From: Candidatus Fermentibacterota bacterium
GTDB taxonomy: Bacteria; Fermentibacterota; Fermentibacteria; Fermentibacterales; JCC-6
Direction of reading: 5' to 3'
Assembly: GCA_963845085.1 (NCBI GenBank)
Contig: CAWJQI010000004.1
Span: forward strand, 64,001 to 128,000
Length of the DNA stretch: 64,000 nucleotides
Shown here one piece after another: positions 1 through 9,691 of the stretch; positions within the stretch are counted from its first letter, which is position 1, and the number at the start of each line of letters is the position of its first letter. Under the pieces are notes generated by a model, which worked only from the letters and a program-made list of their open reading frames with translations, made no database searches and had not been told where the DNA came from. A program made the translations under genes and the position numbers.

Positions 1-543
1 TAGAACGGCGATAGGGCTGAGTGCTATTATTACTATCGATAGTATGGTGACAACTATACCATATCGGATGAACTCATACTTTTTTATTGTTTCATTCCAA
101 AGTTTATCTGTGTATCGAAAAATGCTTTTACCCTGTGGATGTGTTCTCGTATATCTTATAATAAATGTCGCACTTTCGGATATTGCTGAACCGGCTGTCT
201 CCAGTGGATCGCTGTCTCCCGATGCTCCGCGAATTATAACCAGTTGCGTCGATTCAAGACCGGATAATTCGTCATAGGCTGATAAATCAAGAGTATCCAC
301 GGTCCCCGGCGCGGTGTCTTCAAGAAGCGCAGCGCTCTCCGCGATGGAGGCATATCGGTGCAACTGTCTTTCTCTTCGCGTTTCCGCCTCACGGAATGCG
401 TTGCCCGAGTACAGCACCCACAGGACCGATGCGATTATTGCAAGCAGCACTCCGAACGCAATCGGAGCGAATATTTTCGCCAAGTCCCTGTTATCCCTTG
501 AGATTCCCGAACGAATCGTCTCCAGGCTATGTGGCTGATTCAT
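1..543 (-). CDS. Partial membrane protein (TM - periplasmic loop - TM), sensor-like N-terminus; runs off the left window edge
   Basis: Not in the ORF track. Read by hand: ATG at 543, MNQPHSLETIRSG...IFAPIAFGVLLAIIASVLWVLY...YGIVVTILSIVIIALSPIAVL, open to position 1; visibly AT-richer than the flanks. Confidence 0.65.
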   Translation of the reverse strand, partial: MNQPHSLETIRSGISRDNRDLAKIFAPIAFGVLLAIIASVLWVLYSGNAFREAETRRERQLHRYASIAESAALLEDTAPGTVDTLDLSAYDELSGLESTQLVIIRGASGDSDPLETAGSAISESATFIIRYTRTHPQGKSIFRYTDKLWNETIKKYEFIRYGIVVTILSIVIIALSPIAVL

Positions 544-614
544 AGTGGTTTTTCCCTTCAGATGGCTTCATACACGCAACATGACTTCATTCGAGGGAAA
601 ACGCAAGGAGTAAA

Positions 615-643
615 TTGACATGCCTGAAACAATCCCTTATTAT
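615..643 (+). promoter_or_regulatory. Sigma70-type promoter of the recombinase gene
   Basis: TTGACA-17 bp-TATTAT, 58 bp upstream of ATG 701. Confidence 0.6.
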
Positions 644-700
644 TTCATGTACCTGCGGTAATCGACCAAGCATGCGGGACCGGAAAGGAAAGTAAAAACC

Positions 701-1537
701 ATGGATTACATTGAAAGAACCAAAAGGCAGCTTGCCGAAACAGGCAGAAGCCCAAAAACCGCCAACAGCTACATTTCGCACCTCAGAAGGCTCGTAGGCC
801 ATTTCGGTGATGAAACCGGAACTCTCGAACCAGAGGCGCTCAGAGGCTATCTCGAAGAGATGGTTGAGGAAGGCAAATCCCTTTCCTATCTCAACCAGGC
901 TCAGAGTGCAATAAGGTACCTTTACACCCAGGTACTCGACAAGGCAAACCCGCTTCCCAGCCCCAGCGTCATTGCCAAAAGGATCCCCCTGCACGGGCTT
1001 TTCGCCCGCGAGGAGATTGCGGCACTCTTCCAGCATGTGCATGAACTCAAGTACCGCCTGGCTCTCATGTTCATTTATTCCAGCGGTCTCAGGGTGAGCG
1101 AAACTGCGATCCTCAAGCGTGAAAATGTTGACATGGCCAATCACATCATCCATGTCTATTCCTTCGAGGGCGATTACCAGCGCGACACCATTCTGTCACG
1201 CAAGGCCGGACGAATTCTCGGCCAGTACCTTGAACTGCGCACCGACCCCTCCCCCTACCTGTTCCCCGGCAGGGCGCACACGAGTTATGTCTCGGCCAGA
1301 ACCATTCAGCGCGCATTTATTGACGCTCTGGATGAGGCCGGCATAACAAAGCGCGCCACCCTTGGCTGGCTTCGCCACAGCTTCGCTGTTCATCTTCTGG
1401 AAGACGGGGTCGACAGGCGTCTTGTTCAGAAGCTTCTTGGCATAACCACGCCATCCATGATCACACCTTACCTCAAGCTTGCCAAAGACCGCTCTGAGCT
1501 CAGGGTAATGAGCCCTCTCGACCGCTTCGACATCTAG
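701..1537 (+). CDS. Tyrosine recombinase, integron-integrase-like short family (SAM-like N-domain, C-terminal SPLD), with altered catalytic residues
   Basis: YSSGLRVSE box I, YLFPG, TIQRAF..AGITK, LRHSFAVHLLE..D...VQKLLG, terminal MSPLDRF. Confidence 0.85.
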   Translation: MDYIERTKRQLAETGRSPKTANSYISHLRRLVGHFGDETGTLEPEALRGYLEEMVEEGKSLSYLNQAQSAIRYLYTQVLDKANPLPSPSVIAKRIPLHGLFAREEIAALFQHVHELKYRLALMFIYSSGLRVSETAILKRENVDMANHIIHVYSFEGDYQRDTILSRKAGRILGQYLELRTDPSPYLFPGRAHTSYVSARTIQRAFIDALDEAGITKRATLGWLRHSFAVHLLEDGVDRRLVQKLLGITTPSMITPYLKLAKDRSELRVMSPLDRFDI

Positions 1538-1548
1538 TGCAATTGCCA

Positions 1549-1576
1549 GGCCGGGGGGAGCACATTCCCCCCGGCC
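1549..1576. terminator. GC hairpin between convergent genes
   Basis: GGCCGGGGGGA-gcacat-TCCCCCCGGCC. Confidence 0.6.
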
Positions 1577-1581
1577 CGCCT

Positions 1582-3075
1582 CTACCTTATAAAAGTCACT
1601 TTTTCCGTGAAAAGCCCTGACGCCGTCTGCATTCTCGCAATGTAGCAACCGGTGGACAGGGCTATCGAACAAGCGGAATCTCCGGAGTCCATCCTGCCGG
1701 TGAACACAAGTCTCCCCGCGAGATCGAACAGTGCGATCTCCACGGGCGATTCCAACTGCTGAGCGAATCGAAGTGATCCGCAGGCCGGATTCAGAAGCAG
1801 TGGCGCATATTCATCGTCGCCGGAAATCAGCCCCAGTTCCGTCGAACTGGCCAGGGCCCAGGCATGCACAGGTGTTGACTCCTGGTCCTGAAGACCGGCA
1901 ATCACCACGGGGCTCGGGTATCCAAGCGCGGCAACGGATACGTTGTAGACACGCTCATCGAAGGGCATCTGCCAGACCAGCTCGCCAGTGAGCGCATTGA
2001 TAAGGCTGACGGTCCTTCCGTTCACTGAAGCTGCAGCCACACAGGGCACTTCCTGCCCTTCGATCAGGACAGGATCAACCCAGGCGACCGACCAGGTATT
2101 CGTGCCGGCGGGAAATGTCCAGATGACTTCGCCGTCTGCACCGCTCAAGCAGGTCACTCCGGCGTTGTCGGCAGCCAGGGCGACCTCGCCGGTTCCATCT
2201 CCGTTCAGGTCTGGTCCGCCAGCGATCTCCATATACATCCCGGCGCCCTCATGACTCCATTGAAGAGTCCCTCCTGAATCGTAACAGACGGCCTTTCCGT
2301 TGAATGTGCAGAACAGCGCCAGCGGGTTGGTGTCAGCCCTGTCCGCAATGCCGGTGCACATGCAGTCGCCCCCCGGGCTGTTCTGCCACAGGGGGGCTCC
2401 GGAGGCACTGGAAACAAGCCGAGCGGTCTGGGTCGTGTAGCTGTTGCCCCCTATCGCTGCGAGGATGTCGCCATATCCGTCATTGTCAACGTCGGTGAAG
2501 AGACAGATGGATTCGACAGCATCAGGCTGCCATGCGGTCCAGAGCGAGTCACCGGTGGCCCCGTTCAGACACGCCAGAAGGCCCGTGTTTGAAGAACCCG
2601 ATGTCCCGAAGCCCCCTGCCGCTTCCGGCACCCCGTCGCCGGTGATGTCGGGCAGCACCGCACAGCTGTATCCCCAGCCGGTATAAGCCGGCATTACCTC
2701 GCATGCGGCCCATTGCCACAGGGTTGTACCGTCGGCCCCCGACACGAGTCTCAGGGTTCTTCCGGGCGGTTCATATCCGCCAGGAGTGGCCATCAGGAGC
2801 TCGTTCGCGTTGTCGCCATTCAGGTCGGGGAACATCAGAAAACCTTCGTCGGAATAAATCCCGTTGTGCGCGTCGCTGGTCCAGAGAACCGAGCCGTCCG
2901 CCCCTGAGAGGGTCCAGACAGTCGGTTCATCATCCCAGAAATTCACGCCCGAGGCAACATCACTCACCCCGTCGCCGTTCAGATCCCCCATGTCCGCGGT
3001 GCAGTAGACCCCTCCGCTGGTGACGTTGGACCAGAGCACCTCGGGCAGCTGGGTGACAAGAAGCAGAACAAGCAT
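1582..3075 (-). CDS. Secreted FG-GAP/PQQ-like beta-propeller protein with T9SS-type C-terminal domain
   Basis: Repeated DLNGDG/DITGDG and SGADG..LW motifs; C-terminus LFDLAGRLV...GCYIARM...TEKVTFIR; start chosen at ATG 3075 after GGAGGGAG. Confidence 0.75.
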   Translation of the reverse strand: MLVLLLVTQLPEVLWSNVTSGGVYCTADMGDLNGDGVSDVASGVNFWDDEPTVWTLSGADGSVLWTSDAHNGIYSDEGFLMFPDLNGDNANELLMATPGGYEPPGRTLRLVSGADGTTLWQWAACEVMPAYTGWGYSCAVLPDITGDGVPEAAGGFGTSGSSNTGLLACLNGATGDSLWTAWQPDAVESICLFTDVDNDGYGDILAAIGGNSYTTQTARLVSSASGAPLWQNSPGGDCMCTGIADRADTNPLALFCTFNGKAVCYDSGGTLQWSHEGAGMYMEIAGGPDLNGDGTGEVALAADNAGVTCLSGADGEVIWTFPAGTNTWSVAWVDPVLIEGQEVPCVAAASVNGRTVSLINALTGELVWQMPFDERVYNVSVAALGYPSPVVIAGLQDQESTPVHAWALASSTELGLISGDDEYAPLLLNPACGSLRFAQQLESPVEIALFDLAGRLVFTGRMDSGDSACSIALSTGCYIARMQTASGLFTEKVTFIR

Positions 3076-3137
3076 GACATTCTCCCTCCGTCTGACATCC
3101 GCAGGAAGAATGATCAATGAAGTAACGATATGCAAGC

Positions 3138-3161
3138 GCGGGGACGGGAGACCGTCCCCGC
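3138..3161 (-). terminator. Hairpin downstream of the hydrogenase operon
   Basis: GCGGGGACGG-GAGA-CCGTCCCCGC. Confidence 0.55.
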
Positions 3162-3222
3162 TTTATGATGTTGCCGGTGCCGCTTTCAGGCTGACAAACT
3201 AACTAATCTTAGTCCGTCCCCC

Positions 3223-5001
3223 CTAGGTCTTTTCGCGGGGGGTGTAGGTGGTGTGAAGAAGCTTGTGGGATGTGTGGCCAAGCGGTTTTTCGAGGAACTC
3301 GGCATAGATCAGCTGGATCTCGGGGTTCTCGTGGGACTTCCTGAGAGGAAGCCTCTCGTCCTCGGCGTAGATGGCCTTCATCCTGGCAAGCCTGTGCTGC
3401 ATGTCGGTGGGTATGGGCTGTCCGCCACCGCCGATGCAGCCGCCCGGGCAGGCCATGATCTCGATGAAGTGGTAGTCGGCCTCGCCGCTCTCAACCCTGC
3501 GCATGAGTTTGTCGGCGTTGGCGAGACCGTGCGCAATGGCCACCCTGAGGGTTGCCCCGGCAAGAAACTCCCAGCCCTGGGCCATTTTGGCGGGCATCGG
3601 GATGGAAGCCTCCTTGATGCCGTCCATTCCCCTCACTGCACAGATGTTAAGGCCGGGGAAGGGAACCTCGGAGCCGGTCACCACCTCGTACGCCGTACGA
3701 AGCGCTGCTTCCATCACCCCTCCGGTTGCACCGAAAATCGCCGCTGCGCCTGTCGATTCCCCCATGAACCTGTCGAACTTCTCCTCGGGCAGGGTGTCAA
3801 ACCTGATCCCCGCGGCCTTGATCATCCTGGCCAGCTCGCGCGTTGTAAGAACGTAATCGACATCACGGTAGCCGCTGTCCTGCATCTCGGGCCTCTGCTT
3901 CTCGAATTTCTTCGCGGTGCAGGGCATTATGGAGACGCTGACCACGCTGGCCGGATCCACGCCCTCCTTCTTCGCCAGGTAAGTTTTGGCGAGGGCGCCG
4001 AACATCTGCTGGGGGCTCTTGCAGGTCGAGAGGTTTGGGAGAAGGTCTGAATGCTTGTGCTCGATGAACTTGATCCATCCCGGCGAACAGCTCGTGATCA
4101 TGGGGAGGGCGACGGGTCCGCCGTCCACCAGGGCTTTCTTCAGCCTGAAGAGCAGCTCGTGCCCCTCTTCCATGATCGTGAGGTCGGCGCTGAAATCGGT
4201 GTCGAGCACCCTGTTGAAGCCCAGCCTCCGGAGAGCGGCCGCCATCTGGCCGGTGTTGTGGTCGGTCGGCAGACCCATGGCCTCGGCGATGCCGACCCTC
4301 ACTGCGGGCGCGGTCTGAACCACCACGAACTTGTCGGGGTCCTCGATCGCCCTGAACACCTCCTCGATCTCGCTTCTTTCGAAAAGAGCGCCGGTGGGGC
4401 AGCGGTTAATGCACTGGCCGCACTGGGTGCAGGAGACCTCGGCAAGGCCGAGGTCGGCAAATGTGCCGATATGGACCTCACCGGACCTGCCCATGGGTTT
4501 GATCACGGCAACACTCTGCAGTTCCTCGCATGTGCGTACGCACCTTGTGCACATCACGCACTTCGATTCGTCCCGCACCACGCCGGGGCTCACCTCGCAG
4601 CAGCTTTCAGGCTTGTCCGTGGTCTGGTACGGGTTCCAGGTGATGTCGTACCTCTCGGCAAGATCCTGCAGTTCGCAGTTCCTGTTGCGCTCGCACTCGG
4701 GGCAGTTCGAGTTGTGTCCGGCCAGGATCAGGGAAAGCATTGTCTTTCTGGACTTTCTCACCCTGGCGCTGTCGGTGAGCACCTTCATGTTCGGTGTCAC
4801 GGGGGTTATGCAGGCGGCAGTGAGGGTCTTCCAGCCCTCCACCTCGACAACGCAGAGCCTGCAGTTACCGGCCGTGGAAAGGTCGGGATGGTAGCACAGT
4901 GTCGGGATGTCTATTCCGCTCTCACGGCATGCTTCAAGCACCGTGACACCTTCCCGCACCATGATGTCCCTGCCGTTTACGTTCAGGTTAATGCTGGGCA
5001 T
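3223..5001 (-). CDS. hydA: [FeFe]-hydrogenase group A catalytic subunit (HydA/HndD-like)
   Basis: N-terminal 2Fe-2S (PTLC..GNCRLC..C), His-ligated 4Fe-4S, 2x4Fe-4S; H-cluster motifs ITSCSPGW, MPCTAKKFE, EIMACPGGCIGGGGQP. Confidence 0.96.
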   Translation of the reverse strand: MPSINLNVNGRDIMVREGVTVLEACRESGIDIPTLCYHPDLSTAGNCRLCVVEVEGWKTLTAACITPVTPNMKVLTDSARVRKSRKTMLSLILAGHNSNCPECERNRNCELQDLAERYDITWNPYQTTDKPESCCEVSPGVVRDESKCVMCTRCVRTCEELQSVAVIKPMGRSGEVHIGTFADLGLAEVSCTQCGQCINRCPTGALFERSEIEEVFRAIEDPDKFVVVQTAPAVRVGIAEAMGLPTDHNTGQMAAALRRLGFNRVLDTDFSADLTIMEEGHELLFRLKKALVDGGPVALPMITSCSPGWIKFIEHKHSDLLPNLSTCKSPQQMFGALAKTYLAKKEGVDPASVVSVSIMPCTAKKFEKQRPEMQDSGYRDVDYVLTTRELARMIKAAGIRFDTLPEEKFDRFMGESTGAAAIFGATGGVMEAALRTAYEVVTGSEVPFPGLNICAVRGMDGIKEASIPMPAKMAQGWEFLAGATLRVAIAHGLANADKLMRRVESGEADYHFIEIMACPGGCIGGGGQPIPTDMQHRLARMKAIYAEDERLPLRKSHENPEIQLIYAEFLEKPLGHTSHKLLHTTYTPREKT

Positions 5002-6191
5002 CAGGCATCACCCCCCTCGCAGTTGCAGTTGTCGGGCAGCTTGACGAAGCCCGTCACAATGTCGCGGAAGCAGTTGCCCGCGGTCTGGCCCAGGCCGCAC
5101 TTGCTTGAAACGGCCATCACGTCACAAAGGTCGAGAAAAGGCTGAAGGCACTCCCTGCAGCAGACATCGTCCCCGCGAAGCGCCGATACCGCGTGCAGAA
5201 GCCTGGTGCAGCCCTCGCGACAGGGCGTGCACTGACCGCACGACTCGTGGACGAAGAACTCCATGAAGTTCTCCAGCACGTCGAGCATGTCGCGTCTGCC
5301 GTTGAAGACAATGACCGACCCGCCCGGCGGGAGGTCGCCGAAGCAGAGCGACCTGTCCAGCTGTGAGGCTGGAACGGTCTTTCCGCTCGCGCCGCCGACC
5401 TGAACGGCCTGAACATCCGACGCGCCGGCAAGCTGCAAAAGGTCGCTCAGAGGAGAACCCATGGAAAGCTCGTAAACTCCCGGCCTCGAAACGTCGCCGG
5501 AGATGCTGAACAGCTTTGTGCCCGGGGATTTGCCAACCCCGAGGCTCGCGTACCACTCAGGGCCGTTGAGGATGATGTGCGGCACCGAGCAGAAGGTTTC
5601 CACGTTGTTAACAATGGTCGGCTTGTTCATGTAGCCGGCGTTCACCGGGTATGGCGGCTTGTTCCTCGGTTCGCCCCGCTTGCCCTCCATGCTCTCGATC
5701 AGAGCCGTCTCCTCGCCGCAGACGTAGGCCCCCGCCCCGGGGCGGATCTCGATGTCGAAATTGAACGATGTTCCCTGTATGCCTTTGCCCAGGAGCTTCC
5801 TGTCGAGCATCCGCTGCCTTGCCTTCAGGATGCCATCGACGAGATACGGGTATTCGGCCCTGAGGTAGATTATGCCGGTGTCGGAACCGATGGCGTACCC
5901 TCCGATGGCCATGCCTTCCAGAAGCCGGTCAGGGTATTTCTCGAGCAGCACCCTGTCCTTGAATGTTCCGGGTTCACCCTCATCGGCGTTGCAGATCACG
6001 AACTTCCTGTCCGAGCTTGCAGCGCCTGCAAGGTTCCACTTGACGCCCGTGGGGAACCCGGCTCCGCCAAGACCCTTCATGCCGGAGTCACGGACCATGA
6101 AGACAACATCGGCCGGCTTCATGGTGAGTGCCTTGGAAAGCCCCGCCCCGAATTCGGGCTGGTTCTCCGAAAGGAGCACCTTTTTCTCCAT
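5001..6191 (-). CDS. hydB: NuoF-like FMN/NADH-binding hydrogenase beta subunit (short form)
   Basis: GGAGFPTGVKW, CNADEGEPGTFKDR, GAGAYVCGEETAL, ESCGQCTPCREG. Confidence 0.93.
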   Translation of the reverse strand: MEKKVLLSENQPEFGAGLSKALTMKPADVVFMVRDSGMKGLGGAGFPTGVKWNLAGAASSDRKFVICNADEGEPGTFKDRVLLEKYPDRLLEGMAIGGYAIGSDTGIIYLRAEYPYLVDGILKARQRMLDRKLLGKGIQGTSFNFDIEIRPGAGAYVCGEETALIESMEGKRGEPRNKPPYPVNAGYMNKPTIVNNVETFCSVPHIILNGPEWYASLGVGKSPGTKLFSISGDVSRPGVYELSMGSPLSDLLQLAGASDVQAVQVGGASGKTVPASQLDRSLCFGDLPPGGSVIVFNGRRDMLDVLENFMEFFVHESCGQCTPCREGCTRLLHAVSALRGDDVCCRECLQPFLDLCDVMAVSSKCGLGQTAGNCFRDIVTGFVKLPDNCNCEGGDA

Positions 6192-6203
6192 GATGCCCCC
6201 TCT

Positions 6204-6665
6204 CTATTCGAGCCCCGCGATAATCGCGCGGGCCTTGTCCGGGGTGAGCCCGGTGTGGGGAGTGTCGTTCACCAGCATCGCCGGCGCCATGTCGCACAAT
6301 CCAATGCATGCAGTGGTCTCGAGGGTCACACGACCGTCGGGGGTGGTGTCGCCGACCTCGATGCCGAGTTCGCTCCTGAGCGCCTCGAGGATCTCACGCT
6401 GACCCTTCATGGCGCAGCTGATCGTGCTGCAGACCCGGACGATGTTCCTGCCCCTGGGTTCGAGAGAAATGAAGCTGTAGAAGCTTGCGACGCTGTAGAT
6501 CTCAGCGGCGCTCATGTCGAGCGCGAGCGCGATCTCCTTCATTGCCTCGGGGGGAACCCAGCCCAGCTCCGAGTTCACCATCACAAGCAGCTGGACGATA
6601 CGCTCGCGGCCGGCTCCGAACTCCCGAAGTCCCGCGGCCACGATCTCGACTGCATCCCGTGACAC
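6204..6665 (-). CDS. hydC: NuoE-like 2Fe-2S hydrogenase gamma subunit
   Basis: VASFYS, VCSTISC, ACIGLCDMAP. Confidence 0.92.
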   Translation of the reverse strand: MSRDAVEIVAAGLREFGAGRERIVQLLVMVNSELGWVPPEAMKEIALALDMSAAEIYSVASFYSFISLEPRGRNIVRVCSTISCAMKGQREILEALRSELGIEVGDTTPDGRVTLETTACIGLCDMAPAMLVNDTPHTGLTPDKARAIIAGLE

Positions 6666-7063
6666 TACGCTTCCCCTTTCTTGAGTACTTCCCTTATCCT
6701 GCTGATGAGAAGGGTCGGAGGCACTGGCTTCTCAAGGTATGCCTCGACGGGAAAGAAATCGGGATGTTCGCCGGGTCTGTAATCGTAACCAGTCACCTTG
6801 CCTACGCTGGTGAGCATGATGATCGGAACCTCGCTTTGAAGCCGCTGACGGATCCGCCTGGCAACGGCGAACCCCTCGTCGGTGTTTTCCATCATCACGT
6901 CGAGCACCACAACATCGGGATTTTCCCGCATCACCATCTCAAGTCCTTCGGCACCGCTGGATGCCGCAAGCACCTCGAAGCCTGCGGCTTCCAGAACGAT
7001 GCTGTTGGCTTCGATGAAATCCGGATCATCGTCGACCAGAAGCACCCTGATCCTGTCAGACAT
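6665..7063 (-). CDS. Single-domain response regulator (receiver)
   Basis: LLVDDD, VVLDVMM phospho-Asp, IIMLTS, YLEKP. Confidence 0.92.
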   Translation of the reverse strand: MSDRIRVLLVDDDPDFIEANSIVLEAAGFEVLAASSGAEGLEMVMRENPDVVVLDVMMENTDEGFAVARRIRQRLQSEVPIIMLTSVGKVTGYDYRPGEHPDFFPVEAYLEKPVPPTLLISRIREVLKKGEA

Positions 7064-7130
7064 GTCGCATCCTTTCCAAAGTTGTGCCTGGAAAAAGAGG
7101 AGTTACATTTTTGCTACGCTGTAAAATGAT

Positions 7131-7186
7131 ATTAGACAACAATTACGGTGATTTGTCAAGGTTCGTTATGAAAGTGATTCATAACG
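7131..7186 (-). promoter_or_regulatory. Hydrogenase operon promoter with adjacent palindromic operator
   Basis: Minus-strand TTGACA (7159-7154)-17 bp-TCTAAT; perfect inverted repeat CGTTATGAA-agtga-TTCATAACG at 7164-7186. Confidence 0.55.
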
Positions 7187-7279
7187 TTGCAAGCCATTGT
7201 TGCGCAATGGGGACGCAGTGCGATAAAGCCGCAGATGGGCTGTGAAAATCTGTAACGTTGGTTCCCGTGCAAAGAAAAC

Positions 7280-7307
7280 GGGCGGGCCGGGATAACCCGG
7301 TCCGCCC
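7280..7307 (-). terminator. Intrinsic terminator after ahcY
   Basis: GGGCGGGCCGGG-ataa-CCCGGTCCGCCC followed on the minus strand by GTTTTCTTT. Confidence 0.7.
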
Positions 7308-7353
7308 TCATTCACCCGTGCTGCGCCGATGCAGCGGATCGTTACGCAAACGC

Positions 7354-8772
7354 CTAGTAGCGGTAAGACTCCGGTTTGAAGGGTCCGTCCACGGGAACGC
7401 CGATGTACCGGGACTGCTCGCCCGTGAGCCTGGTGAGCCTGACGCCGAGCTTCGCGAGGTGAAGCCGGGCAACCTCTTCATCCAGCGCTTTGGGCAGAAC
7501 GTACACTCCGACCCCGGGCTTCTCCGTCGCGAGGGCGATCTGGGCAAGGCACTGGTTCGTGAAGCTGCTGCTCATGACGAAGCTCGGGTGGCCCGTGGCG
7601 CAACCGAGGTTCACCAGCCTGCCCTCGGCCAGAAGGTAAATGCAGTGGCCGTCGGGGAATGTGAAACGGTGCACCTGCGGTTTGATCTCGTCCTTCACGA
7701 TGCCCGCAACGGCCTCCAAACGTTCCACCTGGATCTCGTTGTCGAAGTGGCCGATGTTGCAGACGATCGACTGGTCCTTCATCATCCCCATGTGTTCCGC
7801 GGTTATCACGTCACGGTTGCCCGTGGCCGTGACGAAAATGTCGGCCTCGGGAAGGGCGTGCTCAACGGTGGTGACCTCGTACCCCTCCATGGCTGCCTGA
7901 AGGGCGCAGATCGGATCAATCTCGGTAACGAGGACCCTCGCGCCGAAACCTCTCATGCTCTGGCAGCAGCCCTTTCCCACATCTCCGTAGCCGCATACCA
8001 GAACCGTCTTCCCGGCGACCATCACATCAGTGGCCCTCTTGATCCCGTCGGCAAGCGATTCCCTGCAGCCGTACAGGTTGTCGAACTTGCTCTTCGTGAC
8101 GGAATCGTTCACATTGTACGCCGGGAAGAGAAGCTCCCCGTCTTTCAGCATCCGGTAGAGCCGGTGGACACCGGTGGTGGTCTCCTCGCTCACGCCGATC
8201 ATTTCCCGGGCGGTTCTCGTCCAGAATGTCGGATCAGCGGCCAGGCCGCCGATGATGTTCTCCCTGAGGCGGCGAAGGTCCTCGGGACCGGCGCCCGTTT
8301 CGGGAAGCTTCCCGGAGACTGAGTATTCCCGCTCGAGGGTTACGCCCAGGTGGACCATCAGTGTGGCGTCGCCGCCGTCGTCCACTATCAGGACGGGCCC
8401 GTGCCCGCCCGGGAATGTGAGCGCCATCCTGGTGCACCACCAGTACTCCTCGAGATTCTCACCCTTCCAGGCGAACACCGGAACCCCTGCTTCCGCGATC
8501 GCCGCGGCGGCATGGTCCTGCGTGCTGAAGATGTTGCAGCTGGCCCATCTCACATCGGCTCCGAGCTCCCTGAGCGTCTCTATCAGAACGGCGGTCTGGA
8601 CCGTCATGTGAAGCGATCCAGAAAGGCGCAGCCCCGAAAGGGGTTTTCGCGGACCGTATTTCTCCCTGATCGCCATGAGCCCCGGCATCTCGTGCTCGGC
8701 GATCGCTATCTCCCTCCGGCCGAAACCGGCGAGGGAAAGGTCCGCCACCCTGAAACTGTCGTCAGCGCGCAT
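7354..8772 (-). CDS. ahcY: Adenosylhomocysteinase
   Basis: [65 protein letters not shown]. Confidence 0.98.
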   Translation of the reverse strand: MRADDSFRVADLSLAGFGRREIAIAEHEMPGLMAIREKYGPRKPLSGLRLSGSLHMTVQTAVLIETLRELGADVRWASCNIFSTQDHAAAAIAEAGVPVFAWKGENLEEYWWCTRMALTFPGGHGPVLIVDDGGDATLMVHLGVTLEREYSVSGKLPETGAGPEDLRRLRENIIGGLAADPTFWTRTAREMIGVSEETTTGVHRLYRMLKDGELLFPAYNVNDSVTKSKFDNLYGCRESLADGIKRATDVMVAGKTVLVCGYGDVGKGCCQSMRGFGARVLVTEIDPICALQAAMEGYEVTTVEHALPEADIFVTATGNRDVITAEHMGMMKDQSIVCNIGHFDNEIQVERLEAVAGIVKDEIKPQVHRFTFPDGHCIYLLAEGRLVNLGCATGHPSFVMSSSFTNQCLAQIALATEKPGVGVYVLPKALDEEVARLHLAKLGVRLTRLTGEQSRYIGVPVDGPFKPESYRY

Positions 8773-9685
8773 CCCTGTCTCCTTTCATGAACAGAATGAT
8801 CTCGATCGATTGTCCATCCGGAAAAACCTCGTCCTTTTGTGCAAGACCCGCCTCGGCGCACCATTCAGTGAGTTCTTCGGGCGAAAACCCCGGCCAGAGG
8901 TCGCCATGACGCTGGCGGAATGAATCCGACGGCTGGCGTGTGAACTCCACCACAACAAGCCTTCCACGGCTCCTGAGAACCCTGGCCGCCTCGTGCAGGG
9001 CGTCTCTGGGGCTGGCCGCATGGTGGAGCATGAAGTGCATCAGCACGGCATCGACAGAAGCATCCCCCATGGGCAGGTGCTCGGCTTCTCCAAGCCTGAA
9101 CTCCACACGGTCGGAGAGGCCCTGTTCAAGTGCGGTCTTTCCGGCCGAATCGAGCATTTCCGGGGAGTTGTCAACACCCACCACCCTGCGGGAGAGCCCT
9201 GCCAGGAAGGGGATCATGTGCCCGGCGCCCACGCCGACTTCAAGAAGCGCATCCGGCCCGTCGAGCTGCCTCGCAAGGGTGTCGAGGTAGAGGGAGGGGG
9301 GGGGCAGGCTTTCCCTGACGCTGTTCCAGCGATCGCCGAGGGCGGCGAAGAATTCCCTTGATCTGTTGCTTCTCTCCCTGTAGAGGGCTGCCAGCCTGCG
9401 CATGTCGGCAGCGGAGAAGGGCAGTGCCTCCCTGCGCGCGGCAAGAACCCTTACAAGCTCCCCCACAAAGGGTTCCGCGGGATGGACGCTGTAGAAGGCC
9501 CAGCCCCGCTCGCCCCGGCGGTGAACGATACCGGCGTCGGTCAGCTGCTTCAGATGATGGCTTGCATTCGATTGGGAAAGCCCGAGCACCGACGAGATCT
9601 CCCCCACCGAAAGGGGACCCCGTTCCAGTATCAGAACCATCCGAAGCCGGTTCCTGTCCGCAAGTGCACGAAAGATCCGTTCCAT
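8762..9685 (-). CDS. sahR: ArsR-HTH plus class I methyltransferase-domain regulator (SahR-like)
   Basis: [22 protein letters not shown]-terminus; [21 protein letters not shown] fold; overlaps the ahcY start. Confidence 0.85.
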   Translation of the reverse strand: MERIFRALADRNRLRMVLILERGPLSVGEISSVLGLSQSNASHHLKQLTDAGIVHRRGERGWAFYSVHPAEPFVGELVRVLAARREALPFSAADMRRLAALYRERSNRSREFFAALGDRWNSVRESLPPPSLYLDTLARQLDGPDALLEVGVGAGHMIPFLAGLSRRVVGVDNSPEMLDSAGKTALEQGLSDRVEFRLGEAEHLPMGDASVDAVLMHFMLHHAASPRDALHEAARVLRSRGRLVVVEFTRQPSDSFRQRHGDLWPGFSPEELTEWCAEAGLAQKDEVFPDGQSIEIILFMKGDRDAR

Positions 9686-9691
9686 GCCATG

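Noticed and set aside
44..538. Plus-strand ORFs 44-277 and 314-538
   Set aside because: Shadow of the longer minus-strand membrane-protein ORF starting at 543.
701..1537. True integron integrase (intI)
   Set aside because: Lacks the IntI-specific insertion between patch II and box II, has altered catalytic residues, and no convincing attI/attC was seen.
3223..6665. Selenocysteine read-through in hydrogenase subunits or arsC
   Set aside because: All expected Cys motifs are encoded as Cys and the ORFs are complete; no in-frame TGA extension is needed.
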